A DNA stretch of 64,000 nt from Blastocladiella emersonii ATCC 22665 (lineage: Eukaryota > Fungi > Blastocladiomycota), in the NCBI GenBank assembly GCA_025594325.1, contig JANHCV010000004.1:558001-622000 (forward strand), written 5' to 3'. Positions 9,210-20,804 of this stretch are shown here, piece after piece. The notes under the pieces were generated by a model. It was not told the origin of the DNA and searched no databases. It saw only the letters and a list, made by a program, of their open reading frames with translations. The position numbers were made by a program, and so were the translations under genes. How positions within the stretch are numbered: position 1 is the first letter of the stretch; each line of letters starts with the position of its first letter.

Positions 9210-11931
9210 ATATAGTCAAACCTTTTTCACTGTGAGATGCTGCTTCCCGCCGAGCACGGCACAGTTGCCGTACCGGACATGCAGACGAGAAGTGGAACGC
9301 AGCGAAGGACAGATGAAATATACACTCGATTATACGTCATTTATTTTCAATATCGATTGGGCGGTTGAGCGAGAAGGGGAAACGCGACGAGGTGGCAGCG
9401 CCAGCCGAGCCGCGGTGGGCGAGAGGATCGCGTCACTCGACGTGTGGCTCATCCCCGCCGCCGCTCCCCGGGACAACCGACCCTCTCACTAACGCCGGTT
9501 GCCACACACACAAAGTGCAATGTATCTTCATGCAAGCTACCGCAGGCACCATGGGCATGCACGCCGAGCCCTCGCGGGCCTTGTCGCAGGTCGTGTCGCT
9601 TGAGTCCATCACGAACGCGATCAGGGTCGCGACGTGACGCGCCCGACCACCCCGCTCGGTCGCGAAGCGTGCAGTCGACGCTCTTTCATGACCGCGGAGC
9701 AGCAGCCCGGCTTTGCGGCGCTCGTCGTGAGTCGCGCCGACGCTCGTCGCTGCGCGGTGGGGAGCCAACGCGCATGCGCGAGATTGTTTCGCGGCTGACG
9801 TCGCCGGCGAACGCTGCCCCACCATCGGTACATGCACTCGGCACTGTTGCGGCGAGAGCGTGCCCGACCCTCTCCCGTGGCGCTGACGCCGGGTACTCGC
9901 GGTGCTCGCACGGGCGCGTTCGCGAGACCGACGCGGGCCGTGGCTCGAGCACATCCCGACCACCCTGATCGCCGCCTCACCTCGGCAGCGACGCAGGTCC
10001 CTGATGTCTATTCCACACAGTTGCATCGAGTCGCCGGCACAACATGGCTCCCGCCGACGTCCTACCACGCGCGCGAGATCGTGGACCCGCCGCCGCAGGG
10101 CAGCCAGGTGCTCGGGGACGTGGTGGCAGCCGCCGTTGCGCCTGCTGAGAAGACTTTTCTTACCACGGATCGCGCGGATGTAGCTTCCGTCAGCGCGAGA
10201 CGGCAGCGATTATGCCCTCGGCCCTCAGCCGCGCGCTCGGGAACGGGACGCGGCAAGCGATTGTGGCGGCGCCACGCGGTCCCACGCGCCACCCCGAGCC
10301 ACGGGGCATGTGCAACGCGTCGACGCGTTGCTGCTGCCGGGGCGATCGGCAAGCACCCGCTCGTCCTTCACCCACTGATCCGCTGCCCCGAAACCATGTA
10401 GCCCGGCTCGACTTGATGAAATCACCACGGACCAACACCGGCGGCGTTCCCCGATCCGCCACCACCTCGTCGCCGTCGCTCGGGCCCGCGCCCTGCTCCA
10501 CCTGCAAACCCTGCCACCTCCGCGATGCCTCGGGCCTCTCTTGCCGCTTCCTCTCTTCGAAAGCCCCTCCTGCAACCTCCCCGAGACCTCCCGCCGCTTT
10601 CACAGGACCCGAACTCGCTCGCACTCGTCTGATCCTGCACCACTACCTCGTCACCGTCCCCAGAAACACTCCGCGCTCCACGCATGCCCTAGTCCTTGCG
10701 ACGCCTCGGGTGCCCTCCCACGGTTCCTCTCCCCTCGAGACTTCTCTCAACCTCGCCCAAGCCTTCTCCCCCGCGACCTCCCACGAACCCGCTCCCCCTC
10801 GACCTCCCGCAACCTCCCGCAGCCTCCCCGATGACCCATATATGATTTCGCCCGCGACCGTGCTCTTCCCTTGATCGTGCACCCCCGGACTCGTACCCGT
10901 CGGCCACCTCTCAAACGTCAGGGGAGCGCTCAATGCCCGCTCAGTTTTGGAGTATCGCCGCGCGAGCAACACAATGGTCCGCTCGCCCGTTTTCATCTCT
11001 GGTGCGAGACCGGGTTCCGAGGAAACCGGATCGCGCTCGTCGACTGAGCGAACGGCGGCTTCTTCGCGCCGCCACGGTACGCTGAAGTAGACTCGGCGGG
11101 TTCGGCGGGTTCGGCGGGTTTTGGGCCACCTCATGGTCATGAACCTTGCCGAGCTGCTCCGGCTGTGTACGTTGCAGCAGGTTCGAAGCTGTTTGTGCGG
11201 CTGTGTCGTGATGAATTCCGTGATTCGTCGCGGCGACCAGTTCGGTTCGCAGCGACCGGTCAGGTGGCCGGTGCGAGACACGCGGCGAGCTCTGATATTC
11301 GCGCCTCGTTCACTTCGGATCATCGTCGTACGCCAGTCAGTCCGCTGCCTCCCACCCTAACCAAATGCCGCTCGATGTCCATGCAACGGTCTCGCATGGC
11401 GAGCGGCCGGGCTACAAAAACCCCCCGCCACCTTCCCCTTCCCCCTCCCCCCTCGCTCACTCGACCCTTACTCTCTTTCGGATCGAACTCACCGAAGTAT
11501 CATACCTGACGGAACCTCTCCACGACCGACTTCTCGATCGTCCTCAAGACCCGCAAGCAGACCTCGGCATCGATCCGCTCCACCCCTCACCCGCTGTGCT
11601 CCCCGCGTCGACGACCGGGCCTTCCCCTCGCACCGCCACGAGAGCCACTTGCACACGCATCTGTGCCGTCGCCCTCATCTGCCTGCTCGCCTGCACCCGC
11701 CCGAGCGCCTCGACCCTGCACGGCTCGACCTGATCGGATCCAGACCCGCGCCGACGACCCTCATCGTCGCCGCCACCAAGTTCGACCGGCCTTCCTCTCG
11801 GCCAGTCTACTACTACTGTACGCTCTCCGATCGGATCTCTGTGATCCGCGTCCACGCTCACCAAGTTCCTCGTGTAGCGTTCGACTCGACGTTCTCGCGC
11901 GCCCACCTTTTCGTTCCGCGCCATCGTCACC

Positions 11932-14743
11932 ATGACCATCAACGAGATTCCCTCCGGCCTCGTCGGCCGCGCGTGCGAGACCTTCGAGTCGCTGTCGACC
12001 CCGCGCTACTCGGCCGAGATCGAGGACCTCATCACGGCCTTCGCGGCCATGTCGCCCCACCTGACGACGCCCTCGGTCGCTCCCGCCCCGACCGTCTCGG
12101 GCACCATCACCAAGCCCGCCGTCGTCACCGACACCATCAAGACCGCCGTCGTCGCGGCCGACACCAAGACCGCCGTCCTCACGGGCGACACCAAGACCGC
12201 CGTCCTCACGGGCGACACCAAGACCGCCGTCCTCACGGGCGACGCCAAGACCGCCGTCCTCACGGGCGACGCCAAGCCCGCCGTCCTCACGGGCGACGCC
12301 AAGCCCGCCGTCCTCACGGGCGACACCACGGCCGCCGTCGTCACCGACGCCCCCAAGCCCGCCGTCCTCGCGGGCGACGCCAAGACCGCCGTCCTCACGG
12401 GCGACGCTGACGCCCCCAAGCCCGCCGTCCTCACGGCCGACGCCCCCAAGCCTGCCGCCCTGACGGCCAAGACCACGGCCGCCGACTCCTCGGCCAATAC
12501 CACGACCATTCCGTCGACGGTTGCCACCTCGACCGAGCCCGCCTCGCCGGCTACCAGTCCCGCCACCATCTCGGCGACTACCCCCGCGCCCGCCTCGCTT
12601 CCGCCCGCCGCCGCGGCCCAGATTTTCGAGGAGCCGTACCACCGCCTGGATGCCGACCACGTCGACAACGGGCCGGACGTGCCTCTCGTTCTGGCGCACG
12701 CGGCGGCGGCGGGACCGACTGCCGGTACGGGCACGGCCCCGCTGCGCGACACCGACCAGTTTGCGCCCGCGAAGCCGGCGTTGGCCTCGATGTCGTTCGG
12801 GCCCGGTACTTCGGCCGTTTCGGGGTCGTCATCGGCCGGTTCGCGACTCGGCGAGCACAAGGTACGCTTTCGGTTCCTGTGGGCCGTGTCTCGACCACGT
12901 ACTGACCTCGATTTGTGTAGGCCCTCGACCGCATCGAGGTCCTCATCCCGTCGCCAACCCTGGCGATCTCGTGCCTGTCGCCTCATGTTCTCGGCGACCA
13001 TGTTCTCGAGGTACGCTCCGCCGAATCCGCTCACCCGGCCTTGCTGGCTAGGCGTCATGTAGCCCCTCGAGAAGCACCTGCCGCCAACCTCTCCATTCTC
13101 CCCGTCACTCGACTCAGCGGTCCTCTTTTCTACTCCTCGGGGGTCGACAGTCGAGGTACGCTTGCTGGACTCTGCGCACGAGTCTCGAGAGGGCAAACAC
13201 TGACCCTTTACGGTTAGATCGAGCAGAACCCCACGGTCGCCTGCCCTTCCTCGCCATCGGATACTCCACTCCTGCACCTCGCCCCCCTCGAGGTACGTCT
13301 TCTTGCTTTGAGGTGGTCTCGAGCGGAAGCTGACTATCGTTTCGCGCCTCGTAGGCATCCACCGCGTCTGGCACGGTGCCCGAGCAGCAGCACCAGATCC
13401 AGGCGCCGCTCGCGGCCGTCGAGCCCGAGGCCGTGACCTCGACGCTCATCAAGCCCATCGAGACCAAGGCCGTGACCTCGGCCCTGGTCCAGCCCGCCGC
13501 GCCCACCGCCGTGACCTCGGTCCTCGTCGAGACCAACGAGATCGAGGCCGTGCCCTCGGCCGTCATCCAGCCCATTGCGCACGCGGCCGTGACCTCGGTC
13601 CTCGTCCCGCCCGCCGCGCCCGAGGCTGTGACCTCGGTCCCTGTGCAGCCCGTCGAGCAGCCCGTCGAGCAGCCCGTCGAGCTCCCGGCCAAGAAGTCGC
13701 CGGTCGGTACCCGCACGCGCACGTCGGCGGCCACCCGCCGCGCCACGGCCGCGGTGCGCGAGGTCGCGCAGTCGGCGAAGCAGGTGTTCCGCAACACGGT
13801 CGGGTCCATCAAGGGCGCCGCGCGACGCGTGGTCAAGAAGGCCAAGCCGTCCGTCTCGCAGCACGGGCATGACGGCGCCGCTCATGCCGCAGCCCTCGAG
13901 CCGCAGCACGGCCAAGGTGTCGTCGGCGCCGAGCAGGAGCAGCAGCAGGTCGACGGCGACCAAGCTCACGATGATGACGACTCCGCGTCGATCAACTCCG
14001 ATTCGGACGAGCCCAAGTCCGTGCCCCACGTGCTCGCGTACGTGGGCAAGCGGGGCGACGTGCTCGCGCGGCCGGGCCGACGCGGCCCCGTGGTCGCGCG
14101 CGACGCCGAGCTTGACCAGGCCGAGGCCAACGGCCAGCTCGGTCCAGGTCGCGCCCTCGCCTACAACCACCTGGAGTACTACAAGACCCTCGTGCGCGTC
14201 AAGCACGACGTGCCGTCGAGCGAGCTCGACCTCATCGGGATGTACTTCGAAGGGCGGAACTACAAGACCGCGCCGCCCATGTCGCACGAGGGCGTGGCGC
14301 GCCTCGCCGCCCTCGTCAGCAAGCACCGCGTCACGCCCGGCGTGATCGAGCTCATGCAGCTCATGTTCAACCCGGCCGCCAGCGTGTCGGACAAGATCGA
14401 GGTGCGCGCTCTGTACGAGGAGCGGTACGCCGAGGACATGGCCACGGGCGCGGCCTCGTTCAAGGCGGCGCTGGACGCCGTCTTCGCGGAGCTGTTCGAC
14501 ACACCGGCGGTGCACACCGACGTGGTCGCGTACCTCCGGTACCTGGCGCGGCTCGAGGACGTGCTGGTCGCCAAGGCCGCGGAACGGCACGAGGACCCCG
14601 ACGTGCCGTCGCGCCAGCTCGCGGCCACGGCGCTGATGCACCTGACGACGAACGAGGTCGTCGTCGCCGACGAGCAGCGCCGCGAGGCGCTCATGGGGAT
14701 GTACTCCATGATCAAGTTCATCGGCCGCGCGCCCCGGAAGTAG
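11932..14743 (+). CDS. Multi-exon hypothetical protein with 9-aa and about 13-aa Thr/Ala/Val-rich repeats and a helical C-terminal domain
   Basis: ORFs 11932..13062 and 13376..14743 have strong GC3 bias. GT-AG introns are seen at 12862-12920 and ending at 13354; the exons between 12921 and 13354 are uncertain. No family recognised. Confidence 0.6.
12105..12475 (+). repeat. 27-bp coding minisatellite (ACCAAGACCGCCGTCCTCACGGGCGAC-like) encoding [TA]K[TP]AVLTGD repeats
   Basis: Head-to-tail 27-nt units are directly visible, about 10 or more copies, decaying at both ends. Confidence 0.92.
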
Positions 14744-15226
14744 CGGTGTGCGGGCCGTCTGTAAATAGTTTTCTGTCTGTTTGGTTGTACATATACGTCT
14801 GGTTTGCTCACCCGATCCTTGGACCTCGTTTTCTTCACGACGCAAGCAATTTGAACGTCACAATCACGGTCCTTTCGCTCGATCACGTTCATGACCGCCA
14901 AGATCGCTGAGCTCGCGGGCCAGGTCTTCACGCGCTCGTACATCTCGCCGTGTCGCGGTCGCTCGTGGTCGCGCTCGGCGATACCGCGCCTGTCGATTCG
15001 GCCGGCAAAACGGCCGCCACGCACCTGGCCATGGTCGCGCGGAAGAAGGTTGAGAGCCATGTTACGTGTAACGTCGCATACTTCGCCCACGCGCGCCATG
15101 CAGTCCTCGCGCGGGTGTAGGAGCAGCTGCGCGCTTCATGCTGAGGCTCGCGGGCTCACTCGCAGCAGTCAACCGACGTGAGGGGTACAGGAAATGATCA
15201 AATTTACACTACGCCCGCTTGCAGCA

Positions 15227-16878
15227 TTACAGGGCCGTTCCCGACCGGTTGGCCGGGTCAATCGGCTTGGCGGGCTGCGGCAGCCACCAGAAGAAGGTCT
15301 CGCGGACCGCCGAGCGGAAGCGCACGTCCATGGTGAGCAGGATCACCGGGTCGGCGATCTCGGTGATGAACTTGGAGATCATCCAGTCTAGACAGCGCTC
15401 ACACCGAGTCAGCAGTTTCTCAAGACCAACCACACCTTGCACGTGCATGCGTCGTAGAGTCCGGTGGTCCGTTCGCCTGTCGCGACAAGCTGGCCGACGA
15501 GCGCCGTCGTTGGGACCGACGTGAAGAGCGACGCGACGAGCGACGCGATCCCGCGGAGCAGGATGCGCTTCTCGATCTCGGCGTTGCGCGCCGCCTTGCT
15601 CGCCGCGTGGCTGCTGGTGATTTTGGTGCGGCCGTTGCCCGACGTCTCGGCGACCGTCGAGGAAGCCGCGGGGAGAAGGCTGCCGGACATGTTCGGGTTG
15701 TCGGCCGTGCCCGAGGCGGCGCGAAGAAGCCCGCCCGCGGAAGCGCTGTCGGCCGTGGCCGAGGCGGCGCGGAGCAGGCCGCTCATCTCTACACGTCGCA
15801 AATGTCAGTGTTCGTCGTGGTCCGAGGGGGTACCATGAGGCCGTACGCGTCTCCATACGCTCCGCGGCGGCCGTCCCCTTGTTGTTGCCGAGCCCGGGCG
15901 TGACGGGCGTGGTCGGCGAGAGCATCTGCTTGGTCGAGGCGGTGGGATCGCTCGCACTGGTTGCCTGCGTCTGAGTCGTCGTCGACTGGTTGCCGACGCT
16001 CTGCCCGGGCGCCGACTTGTCGATCTTGCGCGAAGCCTTGCGCAGAGTACGCAGGATGAGGAGGTAGACAACTGTACGAAGCGAGAGTCAGCGGGGGGAC
16101 GGACACGAGCGATACAGACCGTGCGTACTTGCGATCGTGATTGATTGAGAGCTGAGGAGGATCATGTCGACGGTGCCGAGCGCGAGGCCCATCGACGACG
16201 GGTAGCAGGTGATTCTAGCGGGAGAAAATGCACTAGTCAGCCCACGCCGAGCGCCGTAGGACCCATCGTAGAACAACGTACCCACTCCGCGAGATGACCG
16301 GGCGGTGGCCGAGCGTGTGCACGAGCATGTCGACGAGGGCGAGGAACTGCGCGCCCATGGACATGCGCGTGGCCTGCTTCCGGGTGAGCGCCTTGAAGCG
16401 GATGATCGACATGTACCGCTCGACGGCCATGTTCGTGACTAGATTTCGGCGAGTAGTGAGTGCCGACGGTCTCACGTGTCCACCGAGGCCACGTACTCGC
16501 AAAGATGGTGAGCGCGATAAAGTTGACATGGCTCATCTCAGCAAACCGACACAGGCCCTCAGACCACGCAAAGTCAGCGACGAGGGCGAGCCGGATCCCG
16601 ACGGTGCACAGGCCGTAACAGAGGTAGCCAATCGAGAGGTTCACGGACAGCTGGTTGGACGCGTTGACGAGGATCTTGTGGCGGCAGCGGTACGACGCGA
16701 TGATGATCATGGCGTTGAGGATGACGACGCCGATCGCTTGGATCAGGAGGAAGATGTTGAGCTCGCGGAACGGCATCGAGTGGTCCCAGTCGAGGGGGTC
16801 CCACGGGTCCCGCAAGTCGAACTCACGCACGTTCATGATCGTGGTCACGTTCGCGTATCGGTTGGTTGCATTTATCAT
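15227..16878 (-). CDS. Rhodopsin-like (class A) 7TM GPCR, paralog 1
   Basis: Spliced product has TM1 ILNAM, TM3 LC...AVERYMSII, ECL2 SG..CYP, TM5 VYLLILRTLRK, TM6 EIEKRILLRG...TSVP, TM7 SKFITEIADPVILLTMDVRFR (DPxxL plus helix 8). Confidence 0.85.
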
Positions 16879-17296
16879 TTTCGTTCGTCAGGGATGCATC
16901 GATGGTTCGTGGTGCAATGTGGGGCGGATGTTATCCAGTTCGTTCAGCGTTTGCATAGAGTGATGAGTGTTTTCCGAATAGTGCGGAGCGGCAATCGACA
17001 GGATGCGAGCCGAATCACCGGCGGGCTGCGCCAGTGATCCGAAGCGGAATTCGCGTTGGAGGCAGGGCGGGAGATTCCTCGCTGGCGCCATATCTCCCAC
17101 CCGTCTATTCTCATGCGTACACTTGGATTGTGATCCGTTTTCGTCGGCCGCCGCGTCCAAGTCGAGGTGCGAGACATCGGCCTCGACGCGTCGATTAATC
17201 ACGTGATGTGGGAGACACGTCCAAAGCGAAGCTCGTTTGCGCGCTCTCCGCTCACGATGTAAATAAGACGCACGAGGAGCAAAAATAGAGATCACA

Positions 17297-20200
17297 TTAC
17301 TCGCCACGAATGAACGAAAGGAACGACGACGAGGTCGACTTCTTGAGCTTTGCCACCTTCTGCTGCGGCTCGACCGTCAGGGTGCGTAGCGACGCGGGCT
17401 TCTGCGACTGGACTCGAGCAATGCCGTCGGCCGAGATGCGGTTGCGCTTCAGCGACAGCTCGACCAGCGTCCCTGGAACCGCGTCCATGAGCGCGAGCGC
17501 GCCGCCGTCCGACACGTTGTTGTTGGCGAGGTGCAGCTTGACGAGCGCGCGCGGAAGATGCGCCGCGACCGCCTGGACGCCCACGTCGCTGATGCTGTTC
17601 GCAAACAGCCCGAGCGAGGTGAGCGAGTTCGGGAGCATATCCGCGATCTTCTCGGCCCCCGCGTCGCTGAGCGCGTTGCAGCTGAGGTCGAGCGAGATGA
17701 GCGCGGGCGTCATGCCCGCTGCGAGCGCGGCCGCGCCGGCGGGACCAATCTCGTTGTACGACAGGTACAGCTTGAGGAGCGAGCGCGGCAGCGCGGGCGC
17801 CAGCTTGACCATACCGCCGGTCCCGATCTGGTTCGTCGTGAGGCCGAGCAGCTGCAGGTTCGGCGGCATGTTGTCCGCGAGCGCCCGCGCGCCGTTGTTG
17901 CCGATACGGTTTTGCCCGAGGTCGAGCTCCAGCAGCGACGCGGGGAGGGCCTTGGCGAGTGCCTGCATGCCGGCGAACCCGATGCCGTTCGTGAAGAGAT
18001 CGAGCGACCGCAGCGAACGCGGGAGTCCTTGGGCGAGAGCCACGGCGCCGTTGTCACCAAGCGCGTTTCGGCCAAGCGAGAGCCGATGAAGCGAGTCGGG
18101 AAGCGCAGCGCTCAACGCGATCGCGCCCTCGGGGCCGCCCTCGTTGTAACTGAGGTCGAGGACGAGCAACGTCGGCGGCAGTTTGGCGGCGATCGCGTGC
18201 ATGCCGTGCGGACCGAGCTTGTTGTTGCTCAGGTACAGCTCCTGGAGGCACTCGCCGAGCTTGGTCGCCGAAACGCGGATCCCGTTTCCCGTAATCTGGT
18301 TGTACGACAAGTCGAGGATCGTGAGCAGCGGCGGCAGCTTGGCCGCGATGGCCTCGGCTCCACCATCGCCAAGTTCGTTTGCGCGGAGCCGGAGCTCGCA
18401 CAGCTGCGGCGGGAAGCGGGCAGCGAAAGCGAGAGCACCGGCGTCACCGATCGCGTTCTTGCTGGCATCGAGGATCTGGAGCGTGTCGGGAAGAAGCCGC
18501 GAGAGCACCATGGCGCCGTCCTGGCCGAGACCGCAGTTGGCGATCTTCAGCTCAGTGACGAACTGAAGCGGGTGCGAGAATGCCCGCCCGAGAACGGCAA
18601 GTCCAGCTTTCGTGACGGTCAGACCGGTGAGGTCGAGGGACTGCATCGAGCCGTTGGCCAGCTCGAGGCGGGCGTCCCACACGCGTCGATCGCCCTCGAC
18701 ATCCCACAAAGCCGCGAGATCCTACGCGCACGCCAGGTGTGAGAAACCAACGAGGTCAGCGCGCAAGGGAACCAAGAACGCACCGCGAAGAAGTGCTCCG
18801 TGGCCAGGTCAGAGGAAGGAGCAGCATCAGGTGAATCCACGGACGCGGCAGGAGAGAAGGGCAAGACTGGCGGCGGCGGAAGCATGGTGGCCGCGTCCAC
18901 GGGGAAAGCCGATCCAATCGGCTGACTAGTGCCGGGTGTTGGCATCCGATCGACGGCTGGATACGGTGCATCGGGCTGTGCTGGATGGCGTTAGTGAGGG
19001 AGTGCATGTACAAGAAGTAAATTGTCGTACGCTGATGGTCATCGAGCCGAGGTGATGGTCGAGTTGATCACCCGCGCCGCCAAGCGGAACCGGGGAAGCG
19101 GACACGCTCGAAGAATCACGATTGACAAGTACAGCAAGCTCGCCAGCGATTTCAGTAAACTTGGGCCGCGCAAAAGGCCGGTCAGCCCAGCACCGTTCGA
19201 CAAGCGCCCAGAGCTCGCCCGAAAAGCTCGGCGCGTCCACTGGCGCCGCGGGCCGGCGGCCCTCGCGGATCCAGCCCATGATGATCAAGGCCTCGACCTT
19301 CTCGCCGTCAAAGGGAATCTTACCCGCGACGACCTCGTAGCAGACCATAGCGTACGCGAACACGTCCGGCGTGAGGTGCCAAGTGGAGCCCGGGATCGTG
19401 CGCTCGGGGGCGAGCCAGCGCGTGTTCCCGACCTTGCCCTCCTCGAACGTCTCCAATCGGCCGGTCCCGTTGGCGCCGATCGTGCGCGCGAGGCCAAAGT
19501 CGGCGACGACCGCGATCCCAGACCGGTGGACAAGCACGTTCACCCCGCGCAGATCCCCGTGCGCAATGTTCATGCTGTGGAGGTGCGCCATGCCGCGCGC
19601 CGTGTCGAGGAGGAGCCGGAGGTGCTCGCTCGGCCGGCCGATCGCGTACGTGGCGAGGTCGCCGCCCTCCATGAGCGGCATGACAAGGAACGGCGCGTCC
19701 GAGTTGAGCGAGTAGCCGAGCAGGTCGACGACGTTGGGGTGGCGCAGGCCGCCCAGGATATGGGCTTCGGCGCGGACCGCGGTGATGAAGTCTTTCGCGG
19801 CGAGCGACGCGTGCGCGCCCGCGAGCGGGTCGAGGTACTTGACGGCGACGTCGGTGCTCGAACTGCGCAGGGTCGCCTTGACGACCTTGCCGAACGAGCC
19901 TTTGCCGAGAAGCTGAGTGGAGATTTCGAGGTCGTCGGGCGAGAACTCGCGCAGGCCGACCACGAGCGGGCCCGAGGCTTGAGCTGTCGCGGCGACGTGA
20001 GCCGCGGGAGGCTGCTGGGCGGTTTGCTGCTGCTGCGCAAGAAGCCGAGTAAGCGCAGCGTTCAAGTTGGCACAGGCGGGAGCAAGTCGAGTCTTGACGA
20101 CGTCCAGCTCCTGCGCGAGCTGGGAGCTCAGCGCGACCGGAGCTTCGTGCAAGGAAGCAAGAAGCTGAGTCGTCAGCCGCATGGCCTGGCCGGTGTGCCG

Positions 20201-20428
20201 ACAAGCCAGTCGGACATGTTGCGCAAGTTCCGGGTGAAGAGTAGCGCCGTCAGCCGAAGCTGGCGCGCGAGAAAGCGAGTCCAAGAGCGACTGAGCGGTG
20301 TCAAGCGCTGCGCGGGCCGGACCCTCGACCTGCTCGCGAACCGCGTCTGGCGCCCGGTCGAGAAGCTCGCCAAGCTGGTCGGCAAATTGCCGCAAGTTAG
20401 CGGTTGGGCCTTCTGCCATGGCGTTCAT
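17297..20428 (-). CDS. Cytosolic protein: N-terminal helical domain, TKL-type protein kinase, RNI-like leucine-rich repeats
   Basis: Kinase motifs GKGSFG, VAVK, HGDLRGVN, DFG, APE. About 14 28-aa LRRs (L..LDL..N.IG..G). Joined in frame by two phase-0 GT-AG introns (...MTIS|PDAPY...HFFA|DLAALW...). Confidence 0.85.
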
Positions 20429-20804
20429 TAGCTTGCATTCGAGTCCGTGGTTGAGAGAGCGAGGACCGAGGCGCATGGGCAGCTTCCCTTGCGGTGCCAA
20501 GTGTTCCAGCGAGCCGCTCGCACATCCACCGCACATCCACCGCAGCGCCGAACGTGGCAGCGAGCATCCCCTCTGGCGTCGTCCCGCCGTCGCCGTGACC
20601 GCCCGGTCGTCCCAAGGGGGGCAGCGAGCGCGAGGGCCAAGGCGAGGGACGCGACGTTCAATCAGGTGATGGTCGGCATGATCGCCACCAGCGCGAGCTC
20701 GCCGCCTTCGATGTTCCTCTCTCTCGTCCCATCACCCCATGCAAATCTGGTCACCTCTGACTACATACAACCTCATGAACAAACCTTCTCCGATGCGACT
20801 TTAT

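Larger units (their letters stand above)
7210..10271. repeat. Right arm of the large inverted repeat (may extend beyond 10271)
   Basis: Reverse complement of 1-3062; mirrored ORF translations are identical in all frames compared. Confidence 0.97.

Noticed and set aside
10312-10331. Perfect 20-bp palindrome GCAACGCGTCGACGCGTTGC
   Set aside because: Isolated; CG-rich palindromes are common at this composition and there is no supporting context.
12105-12475. Regular 27-bp repeats as a possible CRISPR array
   Set aside because: Units are head-to-tail with no unique spacers, are in frame within a coding exon, and the context is eukaryotic with no cas genes.
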